Source of the DNA: a virus
Reading direction: 5' to 3' (one strand)
IMG/VR virus record: IMGVR_UViG_3300034018_003010
Length of the DNA: 64,000 bases
Positions 10,534 through 20,895 of the stretch are shown piece after piece. The notes under the pieces were generated by a model. That model saw only the letters and a list, made by a program, of their open reading frames with translations, searched no databases and had not been told where the DNA came from. The translations under genes were made by a program, and so were the position numbers. Each line of letters begins with the position of its first letter. The stretch's first letter is position 1.

Positions 10534-11412
10534 CTATTTGGCTTCATCTGGAACATCGGTCAAATCCTTATACTTTTCAAAAGCATCTGGATGGACTTCC
10601 AACACTCTTACCTTAGCTCTTTCAACAAAATCCTTTGGTTGGTTCTTCAAGAACCAATTAGCTACAGTCTCTGGATTCTTTCCAGTCTCAAAGTAAGCAA
10701 TCATATAATTGTAAATCTTATCAATGATATCCAAACGATATGTGATAGGCTTGCTTCTCAAGAATCTGTGAATCCAACCCAAAGCCGTATGAAGCTTTAC
10801 CTTGCCACCATTCTTGCGAACAAGTTCGTGGACATAACCTTCTTCTCCAGCAAAGCCAGAGAAGTTAGGACTAAATCCTGGCCAATGCTCCTTCTTCATC
10901 AAAAACATTGCAGTTCCATGCATTGGAATCTCAGAAACAGGAGGCAATGGATTCTTTGTGTTCCAAATTCCAAAGAAATCACCACGCCACTTTGGGTCCA
11001 TATGGGTGGCAATAACATCCTTGTTTTCATTCAACAAAGGACCACACCACATGTCCTTGCCAATAAAATCACCATTGATTCCATTCATAATGTAATCAAT
11101 TGCACCAGCCTGCAAAATAACATGGCTGTCTAGCAATAATACATATTCGCCATCAGCATGTTCAAAAACGCTGTTCTTGGCATGTGCTGGTCCCTTTTCC
11201 TTTGGAGCATGGACATACTTGGCTCCACTCAAAGCACAAAGATTTTCCAAAGACTCTGTCTTCTTTGGAAGATCATCAATCATCAAAAGCTGAATATCTG
11301 GACAAGTTCTCGAATTACCAGTATGATACATTCTCAAGCAAGATGCTGTCCAAAAAGCACCCTCAATATCATCATGGCAAGCCCAACCAATAGTTAATTT
11401 ATATTGCGACAT
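10534..11412 (-). CDS. Glycosyltransferase family 2 (GT-A fold)
   Basis: LLMIDD, GPAHAKN..FEHADGEYVLLLDSH, GFAGEE motifs; AAGGAG SD before ATG 11412. Confidence 0.85.
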   Translation of the reverse strand: MSQYKLTIGWACHDDIEGAFWTASCLRMYHTGNSRTCPDIQLLMIDDLPKKTESLENLCALSGAKYVHAPKEKGPAHAKNSVFEHADGEYVLLLDSHVILQAGAIDYIMNGINGDFIGKDMWCGPLLNENKDVIATHMDPKWRGDFFGIWNTKNPLPPVSEIPMHGTAMFLMKKEHWPGFSPNFSGFAGEEGYVHELVRKNGGKVKLHTALGWIHRFLRSKPITYRLDIIDKIYNYMIAYFETGKNPETVANWFLKNQPKDFVERAKVRVLEVHPDAFEKYKDLTDVPDEAK

Positions 11413-11470
11413 TTTTTGCTCCTTTACTATAATCATTATAGCAACAAAAATATATTTTAAGGAAATAATT

Positions 11471-12202
11471 ATGTCAAAGCCTGGTATTTCTTGTTATTGC
11501 AGCACTTTTGGAAGACCAGTAGGTTTAGTAGAAAACTCAATTCAATGCTTTTTAGATCAAGATTATGACGGACCAAAAGAATTAGTTATATTAAATGACC
11601 TAAATGTTCAAGAACTTGTTTTTGATCATCCAGAAGTAAGAATAATAAATCATCCAGAAAGAATAAAACCACTAGGCAAAAAATTTAATGATAATATATT
11701 ACTTTGCAAGTATGATATATTAGCTTGCTGGGAAGATGATGATGTTTTTCTCAAAAATAGGCTTTCTTACAGCTTCGAACATATGAAAAATGGCATTTTT
11801 CATACCCCACAAGCTTTTTTTGAACGTGGCATAAAAGACATCATATTATCTCAAAACATTTTTCATTCCACCCACATGTTCACAAGAGAGTTGTTTGATA
11901 AAGTTGGTCGATATACAGAAGCCGATCAATGTAGCATCGATGTTTCTATTATGGAAAAATTCAGAAAAGAACTTGGACACTATCAACAAGACATGGATGT
12001 AAAAGATAGATGGTATATTTATGTTTGGGGAGGAGCTGGATCATACCACGGCTCAGGATGGGGACCTTCAAATGAAAACATTTCAGATTCAGCAGCACAA
12101 ATAGTAGAAATGCAAATTGAACAAGGCCATGTAAAAACTGGAAAAATTGTACTTGAGCCAAAATTAAGATACAATTTTTATGAGTATCTTCCAAAAGAAT
12201 AA
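11471..12202 (+). CDS. Glycosyltransferase family 2
   Basis: ISCYCSTFGR..IQCFLDQDY..ELVILND; LGKKFN; WEDDD (DxD). Confidence 0.88.
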   Translation: MSKPGISCYCSTFGRPVGLVENSIQCFLDQDYDGPKELVILNDLNVQELVFDHPEVRIINHPERIKPLGKKFNDNILLCKYDILACWEDDDVFLKNRLSYSFEHMKNGIFHTPQAFFERGIKDIILSQNIFHSTHMFTRELFDKVGRYTEADQCSIDVSIMEKFRKELGHYQQDMDVKDRWYIYVWGGAGSYHGSGWGPSNENISDSAAQIVEMQIEQGHVKTGKIVLEPKLRYNFYEYLPKE

Positions 12203-12235
12203 CTATATTATTTTCATCCAAAGAAAGGTAAAAAA

Positions 12236-13087
12236 ATGTTACTATCAGAAAAATATTTGGCAGAATCAGTTAACGCTAAAGGAGATCTATCAGAACACCT
12301 TTATACAATTAAGAAGTATGCGGAAAAATGCGAACACATTACAGAACTAGGTGTTCGCTGGGTCATAAGTACTTGGGCACTGCTTGCCGGAAAGCCAAAA
12401 ACACTAAATTCTTTTGACGTAATTCATTATATTTATCACGGAGTTCCACCCAATAAAATTATTGATGCCGCAAAAGAACAAGGAACTGATTTTAATTTCT
12501 TTGAAGAAAATGTACTTTGTACTGATAAGATTGTTCCAACAGATTTGTTATTTATAGACACTTTACATAGCTACAAGCAATTAAAACTAGAACTTTACCT
12601 ACATGGAAATAAAGCAAGAAAATATATAATTATTACAAATACTGTTACTTATGGAAATAGAAATGAAGGACCAGTTTTGTCAGAAAAGTTAGATGGAGAA
12701 GCCCTGCATGTATTTAATAATCTACAAGACAAGCAAGGTGTAATGACTGCCATTAAAGAATTCGTTGAAGAAAACTCAGAATGGCGAGTCAAGGAATTCT
12801 TCAAGAACTGCAATGGTTTGTGCGTCCTAGAAAGAATCCCCGTCTCTCCAAGCGGATTGGCAGTAACAGGAACATCAATGAGCACCACTTTTACAGGAGT
12901 TGCTAACAATGCCCCCGTTGTTAATAATACCCATGTTGAACAACCCGCTCCTGTACCAGTATTTGTTACGCAACAACCAAACAATCAAAATTCTACAAAC
13001 AAGCTAATAATAGCAGGACTTGTGGGGTTTTGCTTCACCGTAACAGCAGCAGCGGTAGTAACAGCAGTTTACTTCGCAACTCGTTAA
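12236..13087 (+). CDS. Class I SAM-dependent methyltransferase-like protein with C-terminal transmembrane helix
   Basis: ITELGVRWVIST, DLLFIDTLHSY (Methyltransf_24-like); hydrophobic C-terminus LIIAGLVGFCFTVTAAAVVTAVYF. Confidence 0.7.
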   Translation: MLLSEKYLAESVNAKGDLSEHLYTIKKYAEKCEHITELGVRWVISTWALLAGKPKTLNSFDVIHYIYHGVPPNKIIDAAKEQGTDFNFFEENVLCTDKIVPTDLLFIDTLHSYKQLKLELYLHGNKARKYIIITNTVTYGNRNEGPVLSEKLDGEALHVFNNLQDKQGVMTAIKEFVEENSEWRVKEFFKNCNGLCVLERIPVSPSGLAVTGTSMSTTFTGVANNAPVVNNTHVEQPAPVPVFVTQQPNNQNSTNKLIIAGLVGFCFTVTAAAVVTAVYFATR

Positions 13088-13107
13088 TTTTAAATTAAAT
13101 GCTATTT

Positions 13108-13139
13108 TAGGGGCGAGAAAATCTCGTCCCTATTTTTTT
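13108..13139 (+). terminator. Terminator hairpin between convergent genes
   Basis: TAGGGGCGAGA-aaa-TCTCGTCCCTA followed by a T run. Confidence 0.8.
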
Positions 13140-13815
13140 AAAATATTTTTAAAGCAGGATTTTGCTGCCTCATAACCCAAAAATTAGATTGAGTAGAATT
13201 GTAAGTCTTATTATATCTACGACAAAAATCATTCACAGCGTCTCTAACACCCGTCCAATCAATATCATGCCCAAAGAATACTCCATTCTCATTTAAAAGA
13301 GGATAATAAGATTCTAAATCAGACATTACACTTTTGTAAGTGTGATCTCCATCAATATAAATCATATCAAATTTAACATTATGAAAAGAAAGAACGTCCG
13401 CCGCTAATGTAGAAGGCAAAGGAATAGGCGTTATATAATTTTCTAATTTTGAATGACAAACATTTGCCAAAAAATTATAATAAAATGAAGGATACCCGTT
13501 TACCGTGTTAAACTGCCTGTCCGGACTGGGATAAGTATAAAACTCAACCGAACCAAGCCATGTGTCTATACAAAAAATATGACCGTCTATATTGTATTTT
13601 TTTAAAGCATTAGCCATATTAATTGCAGATTGTCCCTTATATGTTCCAACTTCCGCAATTAAACTTGGCCTATTTGTTTTTATTAAATTTTCAAATACAA
13701 TATCGTTTCCACCCCACCCAAAAACTTCATATGGATAAGATGAAAAATTAAAGCCGCTGTATGTGTCTTCACGCAGCAGCTTTTTTCTTATACTTTGAAT
13801 AAATTCACTTGCCAA
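13138..13815 (-). CDS. Class I SAM-dependent methyltransferase (Methyltransf_24 type)
   Basis: AEVGTYKGQSA, CIDTW, FDMIYIDGDHTY..V..D, GVFFGHD. Confidence 0.9.
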   Translation of the reverse strand: MASEFIQSIRKKLLREDTYSGFNFSSYPYEVFGWGGNDIVFENLIKTNRPSLIAEVGTYKGQSAINMANALKKYNIDGHIFCIDTWLGSVEFYTYPSPDRQFNTVNGYPSFYYNFLANVCHSKLENYITPIPLPSTLAADVLSFHNVKFDMIYIDGDHTYKSVMSDLESYYPLLNENGVFFGHDIDWTGVRDAVNDFCRRYNKTYNSTQSNFWVMRQQNPALKIF

Positions 13816-13854
13816 GAATTAGTCTTCTTTCTTTTTATGTGGCTACTCAGGTAT

Positions 13855-15612
13855 TTACAAATTAAATATCCATTTCTTTTTGCCACAATCCCATATTCTT
13901 GCAAATCCTTTTTCCAAACAGATTTCTCTTTCTGTATTGGCATCAGGTTCTTGTTTTTTTTGCGATTGCTTACTTAGTCTAATATTTTTTTTATTTAAAT
14001 CTACATAGGAATAATCTGGTCCGCTTTCTCTTAATAATCTAAACCCGAGTTTTTCATACACGCCACCGCTGCTCCATCTATTATCACTCCATGAGCTTAC
14101 TTGAGCAAAGCCTTGAGATTTTGCCCATATACAACATCGTTTGAAAAGTCTAGATGATCCTCCTATTATTGAAATATTATCTTTAAAACATAAACGATCT
14201 AAAATTAACTCATCTACATTTCTGTGATGATTTCCAAAAGACATTCCTCCTATAAGTTTATTATCATAAAATAAACCATAAGAAATTATGGACAAATTAT
14301 TAGATCCTTGTATGTGATATTCATCACAAAAATATTTAAAATCAACTTTAGTAATTTCTTTAATTTCGCAATTTCTAGCAAATATCTTTAAGTCATTTTT
14401 ATTCAAAATTGACTTAATAAAATTTCTGCATTGTGTGTTTCTGTTTATCCACTCATCTTCAAAAATTGTAATAAGTCTAATCCCTTTATTTTTGCAAATT
14501 TTATATTTATCATGATGATATCTTCTTAATCTTGGTTCTGGGGATATTTCATTATGCCAATATAAACCGCAGTATTCAAAAGCAATTTTTTTATTTTCAT
14601 CATATAAATCAAGTTCTTTTCCATTGAGAATTTCATGATCAACATGAAAATTAAATCCAAATGAATTAACCCAATTTTCTATTTCGGCTTGAGTTTTGCC
14701 ATAATTTTTATTTTCTTCAAGCATGCAAGCTGCTGGAACGCCATACTTTTGAATATTAGTTTTAATCATTTTGCTAATTGTTTGTTGGTTTTGGCTTGCT
14801 CTAGGATATCCATATCTTTCAATATTTGTTTTTTCTATTTTTTCAATAACATTTTGATTTGCAAATGGACACTCGTACCCATATCTTTCTAAATTTGTTT
14901 GTTTTCTTTTATTATTAATTTCTTCATTTTGCAACGGATTAGTAACGCCATATTTTTCAATATTTGTTTGTACAATTTTTTGTTTCACATCTTCTCTCAT
15001 ACCAGAATATGGAACACCATGATTTTCTAAATTTGATTCAATTATTTTTTGCTTAACTTCTTCTGATTGAGAAGCATGTTCACAACCAAATCTTTCCAGA
15101 TTTGTTTGTTTCCTTTTTTCTTGTACTAATTCTGATTGCATGGCAAATTCAACGCCATGTTTCTCTAAATTGGTTTTTTTAGTTTTTTCTTTGACTTCTT
15201 CATTTTGCAATGAGCATTCTGTTCCATATTTTTCAATACATGTTTCTTTCATTTTTTGTTGAACAGAATCTGCTTGAGATGCAAATTCGCTTCCATATCT
15301 TTCCAGATTTGTTTTTTTCATTTTTTCCAAAGTTTGTGGCATCTTTTCTTTTATTTTTACTATTTTTTTAGCAATGACATCTGGTATTTGTGAAACATGG
15401 CTAACACCATATTTTGACATGCAACCATCTTCTTTTTTCTTTGCTTTACATTCTTTAGAACCACAACTATGTGTTGGGCTGTTTTTGCAGGCACGATTAA
15501 TTACTTTTATTTCTCTTTCAAATTCTTTTCCACAATAATCACATTTCCACCAGACTTTGTGGGAAATGGGAATTTTCTCAAAAGGAATTGAAAGTCTTTC
15601 ACTAATTAACAT
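13855..15612 (-). CDS. Hef-like homing endonuclease: Zn ribbon, 'TNLEKYG' repeats, PD-(D/E)xK nuclease, GNAT-like C-terminal domain
   Basis: VWWKCDYCG; ~9 K/T-N-[LI]-E-[KR]-[YFH]-G repeats; ELDLYDENKKIAFEYCGLYWH; HIQG..GLFY..LDRLC..GGSSRLF..SDNRWSSGGVYEKLGF. Confidence 0.8.
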   Translation of the reverse strand: MLISERLSIPFEKIPISHKVWWKCDYCGKEFEREIKVINRACKNSPTHSCGSKECKAKKKEDGCMSKYGVSHVSQIPDVIAKKIVKIKEKMPQTLEKMKKTNLERYGSEFASQADSVQQKMKETCIEKYGTECSLQNEEVKEKTKKTNLEKHGVEFAMQSELVQEKRKQTNLERFGCEHASQSEEVKQKIIESNLENHGVPYSGMREDVKQKIVQTNIEKYGVTNPLQNEEINNKRKQTNLERYGYECPFANQNVIEKIEKTNIERYGYPRASQNQQTISKMIKTNIQKYGVPAACMLEENKNYGKTQAEIENWVNSFGFNFHVDHEILNGKELDLYDENKKIAFEYCGLYWHNEISPEPRLRRYHHDKYKICKNKGIRLITIFEDEWINRNTQCRNFIKSILNKNDLKIFARNCEIKEITKVDFKYFCDEYHIQGSNNLSIISYGLFYDNKLIGGMSFGNHHRNVDELILDRLCFKDNISIIGGSSRLFKRCCIWAKSQGFAQVSSWSDNRWSSGGVYEKLGFRLLRESGPDYSYVDLNKKNIRLSKQSQKKQEPDANTEREICLEKGFARIWDCGKKKWIFNL

Positions 15613-15696
15613 TTGTTATGGCCTCACAAAATAAATAAAAATTATTTTAACATTTTGTTTATTTTTTTCAAGGATAAATGGAAAAATTAAAAATTT

Positions 15697-16581
15697 TTAA
15701 TCGAGACTTGGACCGAAAACATCACCAAATCTGTTAACTAAATCTTCTAGCCATTTGGCTCTATCTTCTCTTCCTTCTTGTAAAAGAGTATCTCCGTCAA
15801 GCTGAACCCCTCCATTAGGACCCGGAGGATTTTTAATTTTACTTCTAATTCTACCAAGCATTATTTTGGCATGCGCCAATGCTCCATCTTGCATAACTTG
15901 TTGAACTCTTCCCCAATCATAATTCTTTTGCAAATAGTGTACAACTACTCTATGTGCTCTATAAGGTATAGGATAAATTTTTACATTTTGGTATCCTCCA
16001 TAAAACTCCCACCCGCCTATATTACTAGCCATGCGTGAATAAGTTTGTTCATATCCTTTATATAATTGCCACTCACCAGCTCTTCCCCATATTGGTTGCA
16101 CAGGATCAATTAAACCGCCTTGAATAGATGCATATGCCCCGCCGGGATAAAAGTATTCTGTTGGTATTGCACCACCTAAATCACTAGATTGAAATGAGAA
16201 TGTTCCTGTTTCTTTATAATAAACATTTCTAATATATCCAATATCAGGAGGCATTGTATAAATTGATTGTCCTGGTATTGTATTAAACACATAGTATTGA
16301 AAATATTCTCTTGGAGCCCATTCTTCTATAATCTGAAGTGATATATCTACTGCTGCATCTAATTGTTGTTCGTCAAGTTCTATATTAATAACAGGGGCAC
16401 CAAGCATCAAAAGGATGTAGTCCTTGAGTTGCCCTCTAATCTTCCCTCTATTTGGTCTGGCTCCCAGCTTGGAAATATCCAAGGGATCTGAGACTCCAAG
16501 GTTACTGCCTCCCGCCAAATTGCAACATTGGTTTGCAGAAGGTTTTTGAAGATAAATAAAATTTGAAGAATTGGTACTCAT
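15697..16581 (-). CDS. Neck/head-tail adaptor protein (T4 gp13-like)
   Basis: LKDYILLMLGAPVINIELDEQQLD; ALAHAKIMLGRIRSK..PGPNGGVQLDGDTLLQEG. Confidence 0.85.
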   Translation of the reverse strand: MSTNSSNFIYLQKPSANQCCNLAGGSNLGVSDPLDISKLGARPNRGKIRGQLKDYILLMLGAPVINIELDEQQLDAAVDISLQIIEEWAPREYFQYYVFNTIPGQSIYTMPPDIGYIRNVYYKETGTFSFQSSDLGGAIPTEYFYPGGAYASIQGGLIDPVQPIWGRAGEWQLYKGYEQTYSRMASNIGGWEFYGGYQNVKIYPIPYRAHRVVVHYLQKNYDWGRVQQVMQDGALAHAKIMLGRIRSKIKNPPGPNGGVQLDGDTLLQEGREDRAKWLEDLVNRFGDVFGPSLD

Positions 16582-16625
16582 AATACATATATGTATAGAA
16601 CTTTTTATTTATAATTGGTGAAAAA

Positions 16626-19520
16626 ATGTCAGCGGACAATAAACTTCTTAGTATTTACAACAAGTTCAACAGAACAAAAGACAGACCTTTGAATGAAGTC
16701 CTGTTAGAAAGCTTAGATTTATTAACAGAAGCCCAGATTAACAACATTTACAAGGGCTTAATATATTTGGATAGAAATGATGCAAATTTTCTTAATCAGT
16801 TTCCTCCAAGATATTGGGCTCAGGCTTTATATCAAAGGTATCACAATTATTTGTGGGACTATTTAAGCAAACTTCAAGACGAGCGTGACAAGGTATATTT
16901 GCCAAAATATAAGGAAGAGCTTGAAGATGAGATGAAAAGTGTTGAAACTGATTCTGTGTATGCTTCTTTGGACAAAAAAACAAAGAAGAGAATTGCTATG
17001 GATAATGCAAGGCATATAGCAAAGCAATATTCTGACAGGATTGAAATGCCTTTTAATGATAATCCAAGTTCTCCTTTTGATTTTGTTGGAACTGGAAGAG
17101 ATAATTTTATAAGGGTTTATGCCAATCCGCACGTTGAAGATTTGTATAAAAAATTAGAAGGAGCAAAAGGCAAGCACGATGGATTTGATTTGCATAATCC
17201 TGTTGAAATAGAAAAGAAGGCATCGTCAGCAGAGGGAGAGCCGGAAACAAGAAGGCAGACTGACGGGTTTCTTTTGCCGGAAGAAAAGAACATTCAGACA
17301 ATGATTCGTGACTACATTAAATTGCTTGGTCACAAAATACTTCCTTACAACGACGAAGATTTAATTTATCAAGATAATAATCCTGATGAATCAAAGAGAA
17401 TGATAAGGAATGCAGAATACAAGTCGAGCAATTTATTTAAAGATACAATGACTTATGAGCTTTTGGAAGACGATTTGTTTAAAAGAGCAAAAGCCGAATT
17501 AAAAAGCAATCATGAAAAATCGGATCAAAAGAGAGTTGAAGATTTAAAAGCACAAATCAAAGCAAAAGGTGGATTGCTTAAAGACTACAAAGACATGTTA
17601 GATTCAGAGGGTTATCCTGGCGGCAGATCACAATTAGATGCAGATGCCAAGAAGCTTGCAAAGCAAAGATTGGAAAGTTTAATAAAGCTTGGCAAAATCA
17701 AATCTCCAGAAAGCTTTGAAGATCCGAGCAGAGAAAGGGCGGCAATAAAGGGCGAGTTTGATACTGCTGGCAATCTAAAAAAAGTAATACATCCTGATTT
17801 AGTTTTACCGCACAAAAAAATATTTGTAAAAATGCAGAAACTAAAAAAGAATGCAGATGGAAATCTTGTTCCTGTTGGAGAGCCAGAAATAGAAGAACAT
17901 GATGCTCCAATAATTGTTCCCGGCACAACATTTCGTAGATTAAAACAAAAAGAACTTGATTTAATTAAAAAGGTTGAGTCTGGAGAAGGTTTGAGTGAAA
18001 ACGAAGAAGCAGAATATAAAGCCATGTTCGGAGAGCTTGGCAACCACATAAACTATCTTAGAGGCAGTCACTATGACTATGATAGCGATACAAATCGTCC
18101 AATATTCATAGATTCTTGGCATGAGCCATCATCGCAAAAACAGGGAGCGGAGCATTACAAGGCTGGTGGATTATTCCCGGCAGCGGAAAGTCCTGAAAGA
18201 GTTGCTCTTGGAAAATACAATGTAGACATTGATTCAAAAGGAGTTGTTAACAAATATCAAAATGAAGCATATGCTAAAAAAGTTGCAAAAATGTTTGGCA
18301 AGGAGTTTGTTAATGGAATGAGTTTAAAACAGTTTATCAGGAATATAATCTACAAGAGGCTCGCAAGTAAAAAATTTAAGGAACAAAAGCAAGACACTAT
18401 GAGCTTGGCATTAGAAAGATCTGTTTTGTTATTTTTCCTTGATCAGCTTGTTGAAATGGGAATGCAAAGAGTAATTGAAAATTTTGGACTTGATGGAATA
18501 GAAGAAAGTCCAAGCATAATTACTGATTTAGTTAGCAAAATGATGCAAAGTATTGAGCAGCAAGATTTGGTAAGGGGAAGCAGAAGAAGAAGAAAGAATT
18601 TAGGACAAATGGGATCGGTTGGTTCTCCCAGCTTGCAAGCTTACGCAAATAGTTATAGCTGCAATATTGATCCAGAAATGAGAAGACTTGGAGCGGCCAA
18701 ATGTGGATTCAAATATAGAATAGGCAATTTGATAAAGAGTGTTGATTCCAACACGGCATCTATTCTTTCTTTGGACAGGGAATTAGATGACACAGAAAAC
18801 AGCAATACACAAGAGCTTTTAATTAAAGATTTAAGAAGAGAATTTTCTTCTTTGTTGATGACTTTAGCTATTGTATTTTATAGATCTGAATTTGAGTCCT
18901 CTGCAAACAAGGACTCTTATGACGATCATTCTTTTAGAATAAACAAAATTCTTGATGCGGAATATAAAGTAAGAGAATTTGTTGAGAGTTTGGTTATGCG
19001 ATCAGAGTCTTCTGGCGGAACTATTGATGCAAACATGTTTGCAAATGAAGTTAAAAACAAAATAAAACAAATTGAATCCACAATAGAAGATGAATATGTA
19101 GATAATGACCGCCAGATTATGGCTCCTGAAGATGAAATAATAGATAAATATCGACCTGCTAAATATCCGTTAAAAACATCTGCTGAGTATATTGAAGATT
19201 TTAAAACCGAATTAAAAGCAAATCCACACAACTATATTGCCATAAAGAAAAAATATGATGAAATGGTAAAAAATGGTTTTATTGATAATTCGGGTGGAAT
19301 TCTTGAACAAATAATTAACAAGCTGCTAGCTCTAATTGCTTCTCATACAAGCGCAGCCAAAAATATGAACAGCATAAATAATGTTAATCCAAAGCTATTA
19401 GCAAAAACAGATTTAATTGCAGCAATAGGAAGGATAAAGGGAGCTATTGCTGGGGCTTCTGAAGAAGAAGCCAAAAAACTAAATGATACTCTCAATAGAT
19501 TTGAATTACAAAACAAATAG
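16626..19520 (+). CDS. Large hypothetical protein (964 aa), possible head-internal/ejection protein
   Basis: Long charged ORF within the structural cluster; N-terminal LNE/LLE/LTE possible prohead-protease sites; no family recognised. Confidence 0.6.
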   Translation: MSADNKLLSIYNKFNRTKDRPLNEVLLESLDLLTEAQINNIYKGLIYLDRNDANFLNQFPPRYWAQALYQRYHNYLWDYLSKLQDERDKVYLPKYKEELEDEMKSVETDSVYASLDKKTKKRIAMDNARHIAKQYSDRIEMPFNDNPSSPFDFVGTGRDNFIRVYANPHVEDLYKKLEGAKGKHDGFDLHNPVEIEKKASSAEGEPETRRQTDGFLLPEEKNIQTMIRDYIKLLGHKILPYNDEDLIYQDNNPDESKRMIRNAEYKSSNLFKDTMTYELLEDDLFKRAKAELKSNHEKSDQKRVEDLKAQIKAKGGLLKDYKDMLDSEGYPGGRSQLDADAKKLAKQRLESLIKLGKIKSPESFEDPSRERAAIKGEFDTAGNLKKVIHPDLVLPHKKIFVKMQKLKKNADGNLVPVGEPEIEEHDAPIIVPGTTFRRLKQKELDLIKKVESGEGLSENEEAEYKAMFGELGNHINYLRGSHYDYDSDTNRPIFIDSWHEPSSQKQGAEHYKAGGLFPAAESPERVALGKYNVDIDSKGVVNKYQNEAYAKKVAKMFGKEFVNGMSLKQFIRNIIYKRLASKKFKEQKQDTMSLALERSVLLFFLDQLVEMGMQRVIENFGLDGIEESPSIITDLVSKMMQSIEQQDLVRGSRRRRKNLGQMGSVGSPSLQAYANSYSCNIDPEMRRLGAAKCGFKYRIGNLIKSVDSNTASILSLDRELDDTENSNTQELLIKDLRREFSSLLMTLAIVFYRSEFESSANKDSYDDHSFRINKILDAEYKVREFVESLVMRSESSGGTIDANMFANEVKNKIKQIESTIEDEYVDNDRQIMAPEDEIIDKYRPAKYPLKTSAEYIEDFKTELKANPHNYIAIKKKYDEMVKNGFIDNSGGILEQIINKLLALIASHTSAAKNMNSINNVNPKLLAKTDLIAAIGRIKGAIAGASEEEAKKLNDTLNRFELQNK

Positions 19521-19528
19521 GTGCTATA

Positions 19529-19780
19529 ATGGAATATAATTATATAAATTTTGTTAACTCACAGCAAGTTCTTAGTTATCTCGAAAAAATATTAGGAGAC
19601 GATTTAAAAGTCTATTATCCTATACTTTACAAGGTTGTCGGGAACATGAGTAATGAAAATGAAATACAAGGATTTGTAAGTTTGGTGGCAAAAATTTATG
19701 AAGTTGGATTTAATAAATCTGTTGAAGCCCATAAAGAATCGCTTGAAAGGCTTGGATTAATTGCAAAAGTTAAAAATTAG
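19529..19780 (+). CDS. Hypothetical protein
   Basis: AGGTG SD; 83-aa ORF. Confidence 0.65.
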   Translation: MEYNYINFVNSQQVLSYLEKILGDDLKVYYPILYKVVGNMSNENEIQGFVSLVAKIYEVGFNKSVEAHKESLERLGLIAKVKN

Positions 19781-20444
19781 GATGTTGCATACTTGGTATG
19801 CATTTTACTACAAAGCCTTCTGGTGCTGATTTTATTGCATCTGCTTGCCACCATCTTTTTTCTTGGTTTTTTGGATAAAATATTGCAAATCTTTTTATTT
19901 TTTCTAAATGTGTCCAAAACAACAGATGCATATCGGTTTCTTCTATTAAAATTGCTTCAAAGGTAAATTTCTTTCCATATGTTATTTTTGTAGTAACTTC
20001 TCCATATAATAAATCTTTTTTTTCTTGAACATCAGTTGGAAGGCAGCAAAGTACAGTTTTCGGGTAATTTAAAAGCTTGCTATTTACAGATTTTGGTTTT
20101 TCTACTATTTCTTCTTCATCTATTTTTGGCTGTGGCGGCTTGATTTCTTGAGTTATTTGAGCTTCTTGAAAAGAAAACTCTTGTTTTTTTTGTGGTGGTT
20201 TTTCTTCGACAAAAGCAGGTGTTTTTACGCTAACTTCAGACCTAATTTCATCTTGTTTTGCAACAACTGTTTGGCCTAGGTTAATCTTATTTCTTGTAGG
20301 TTTTTTGGCAATATTTTGATTGACAACATCGTCAGGAAATTCCATATTGTGCAATTCAAAATCATTCCAAAGGTCTTGTTCTAACATAATAGGATTTGGA
20401 CCTTTAACTTTGTATACAGTTCCATCTTTATTTTTTATCACCAT
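19770..20444 (-). CDS. Hypothetical structural protein, possible head-closure (gp14-like) paralog
   Basis: N-terminal IKNKDGTVYKVKG resembles IYRNDGKPYCPTG of 23184..23717; both end with a W..(I)..C pattern. Confidence 0.5.
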   Translation of the reverse strand: MVIKNKDGTVYKVKGPNPIMLEQDLWNDFELHNMEFPDDVVNQNIAKKPTRNKINLGQTVVAKQDEIRSEVSVKTPAFVEEKPPQKKQEFSFQEAQITQEIKPPQPKIDEEEIVEKPKSVNSKLLNYPKTVLCCLPTDVQEKKDLLYGEVTTKITYGKKFTFEAILIEETDMHLLFWTHLEKIKRFAIFYPKNQEKRWWQADAIKSAPEGFVVKCIPSMQHPNF

Positions 20445-20485
20445 TTTGATTATATATTAATAGATAAATTATATTTGGAGGCTTT

Positions 20486-20887
20486 ATGGCTTTTATAGTG
20501 CCTGATGTTGGCGAAGTACAACTTTTAAAGAGACTTCTTGGAATTGGCGGAACAGCAAATGGCAGTCTAACTCTTCGTCTTTACGAAAATGATCCTACTA
20601 TTGATGAAAACACAACTGTTGGAATGCTAACTGAATGTACTGCTGCTGGTTATGCATCGATAACTCTTGCTGGAGCAAGCTGGGCGGTACCAATTACCGT
20701 ATCTGGGCAAACTTCTACATCATATGCACAACAAACTTTTAGTTTTACTGGTGCCGCAACTGTTTATGGCTATTATATAACAGATGGTTCAAATCTTGTG
20801 TTGGTTGAAAGATTTGCTTCCGCTCCATTCGTTGTTCCTGCAGCAGGTGGCCAAATAGCTATAACACCAACTATGAATCTAGAGTAA
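20486..20887 (+). CDS. Small virion structural (tail/fibre-associated) protein
   Basis: GGAGG SD; LRLYEND..ECTAAGYA..L..W..YAQQTFSF..TVYGYYI pattern typical of phage minor tail proteins. Confidence 0.65.
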   Translation: MAFIVPDVGEVQLLKRLLGIGGTANGSLTLRLYENDPTIDENTTVGMLTECTAAGYASITLAGASWAVPITVSGQTSTSYAQQTFSFTGAATVYGYYITDGSNLVLVERFASAPFVVPAAGGQIAITPTMNLE

Positions 20888-20895
20888 GAGGAACC

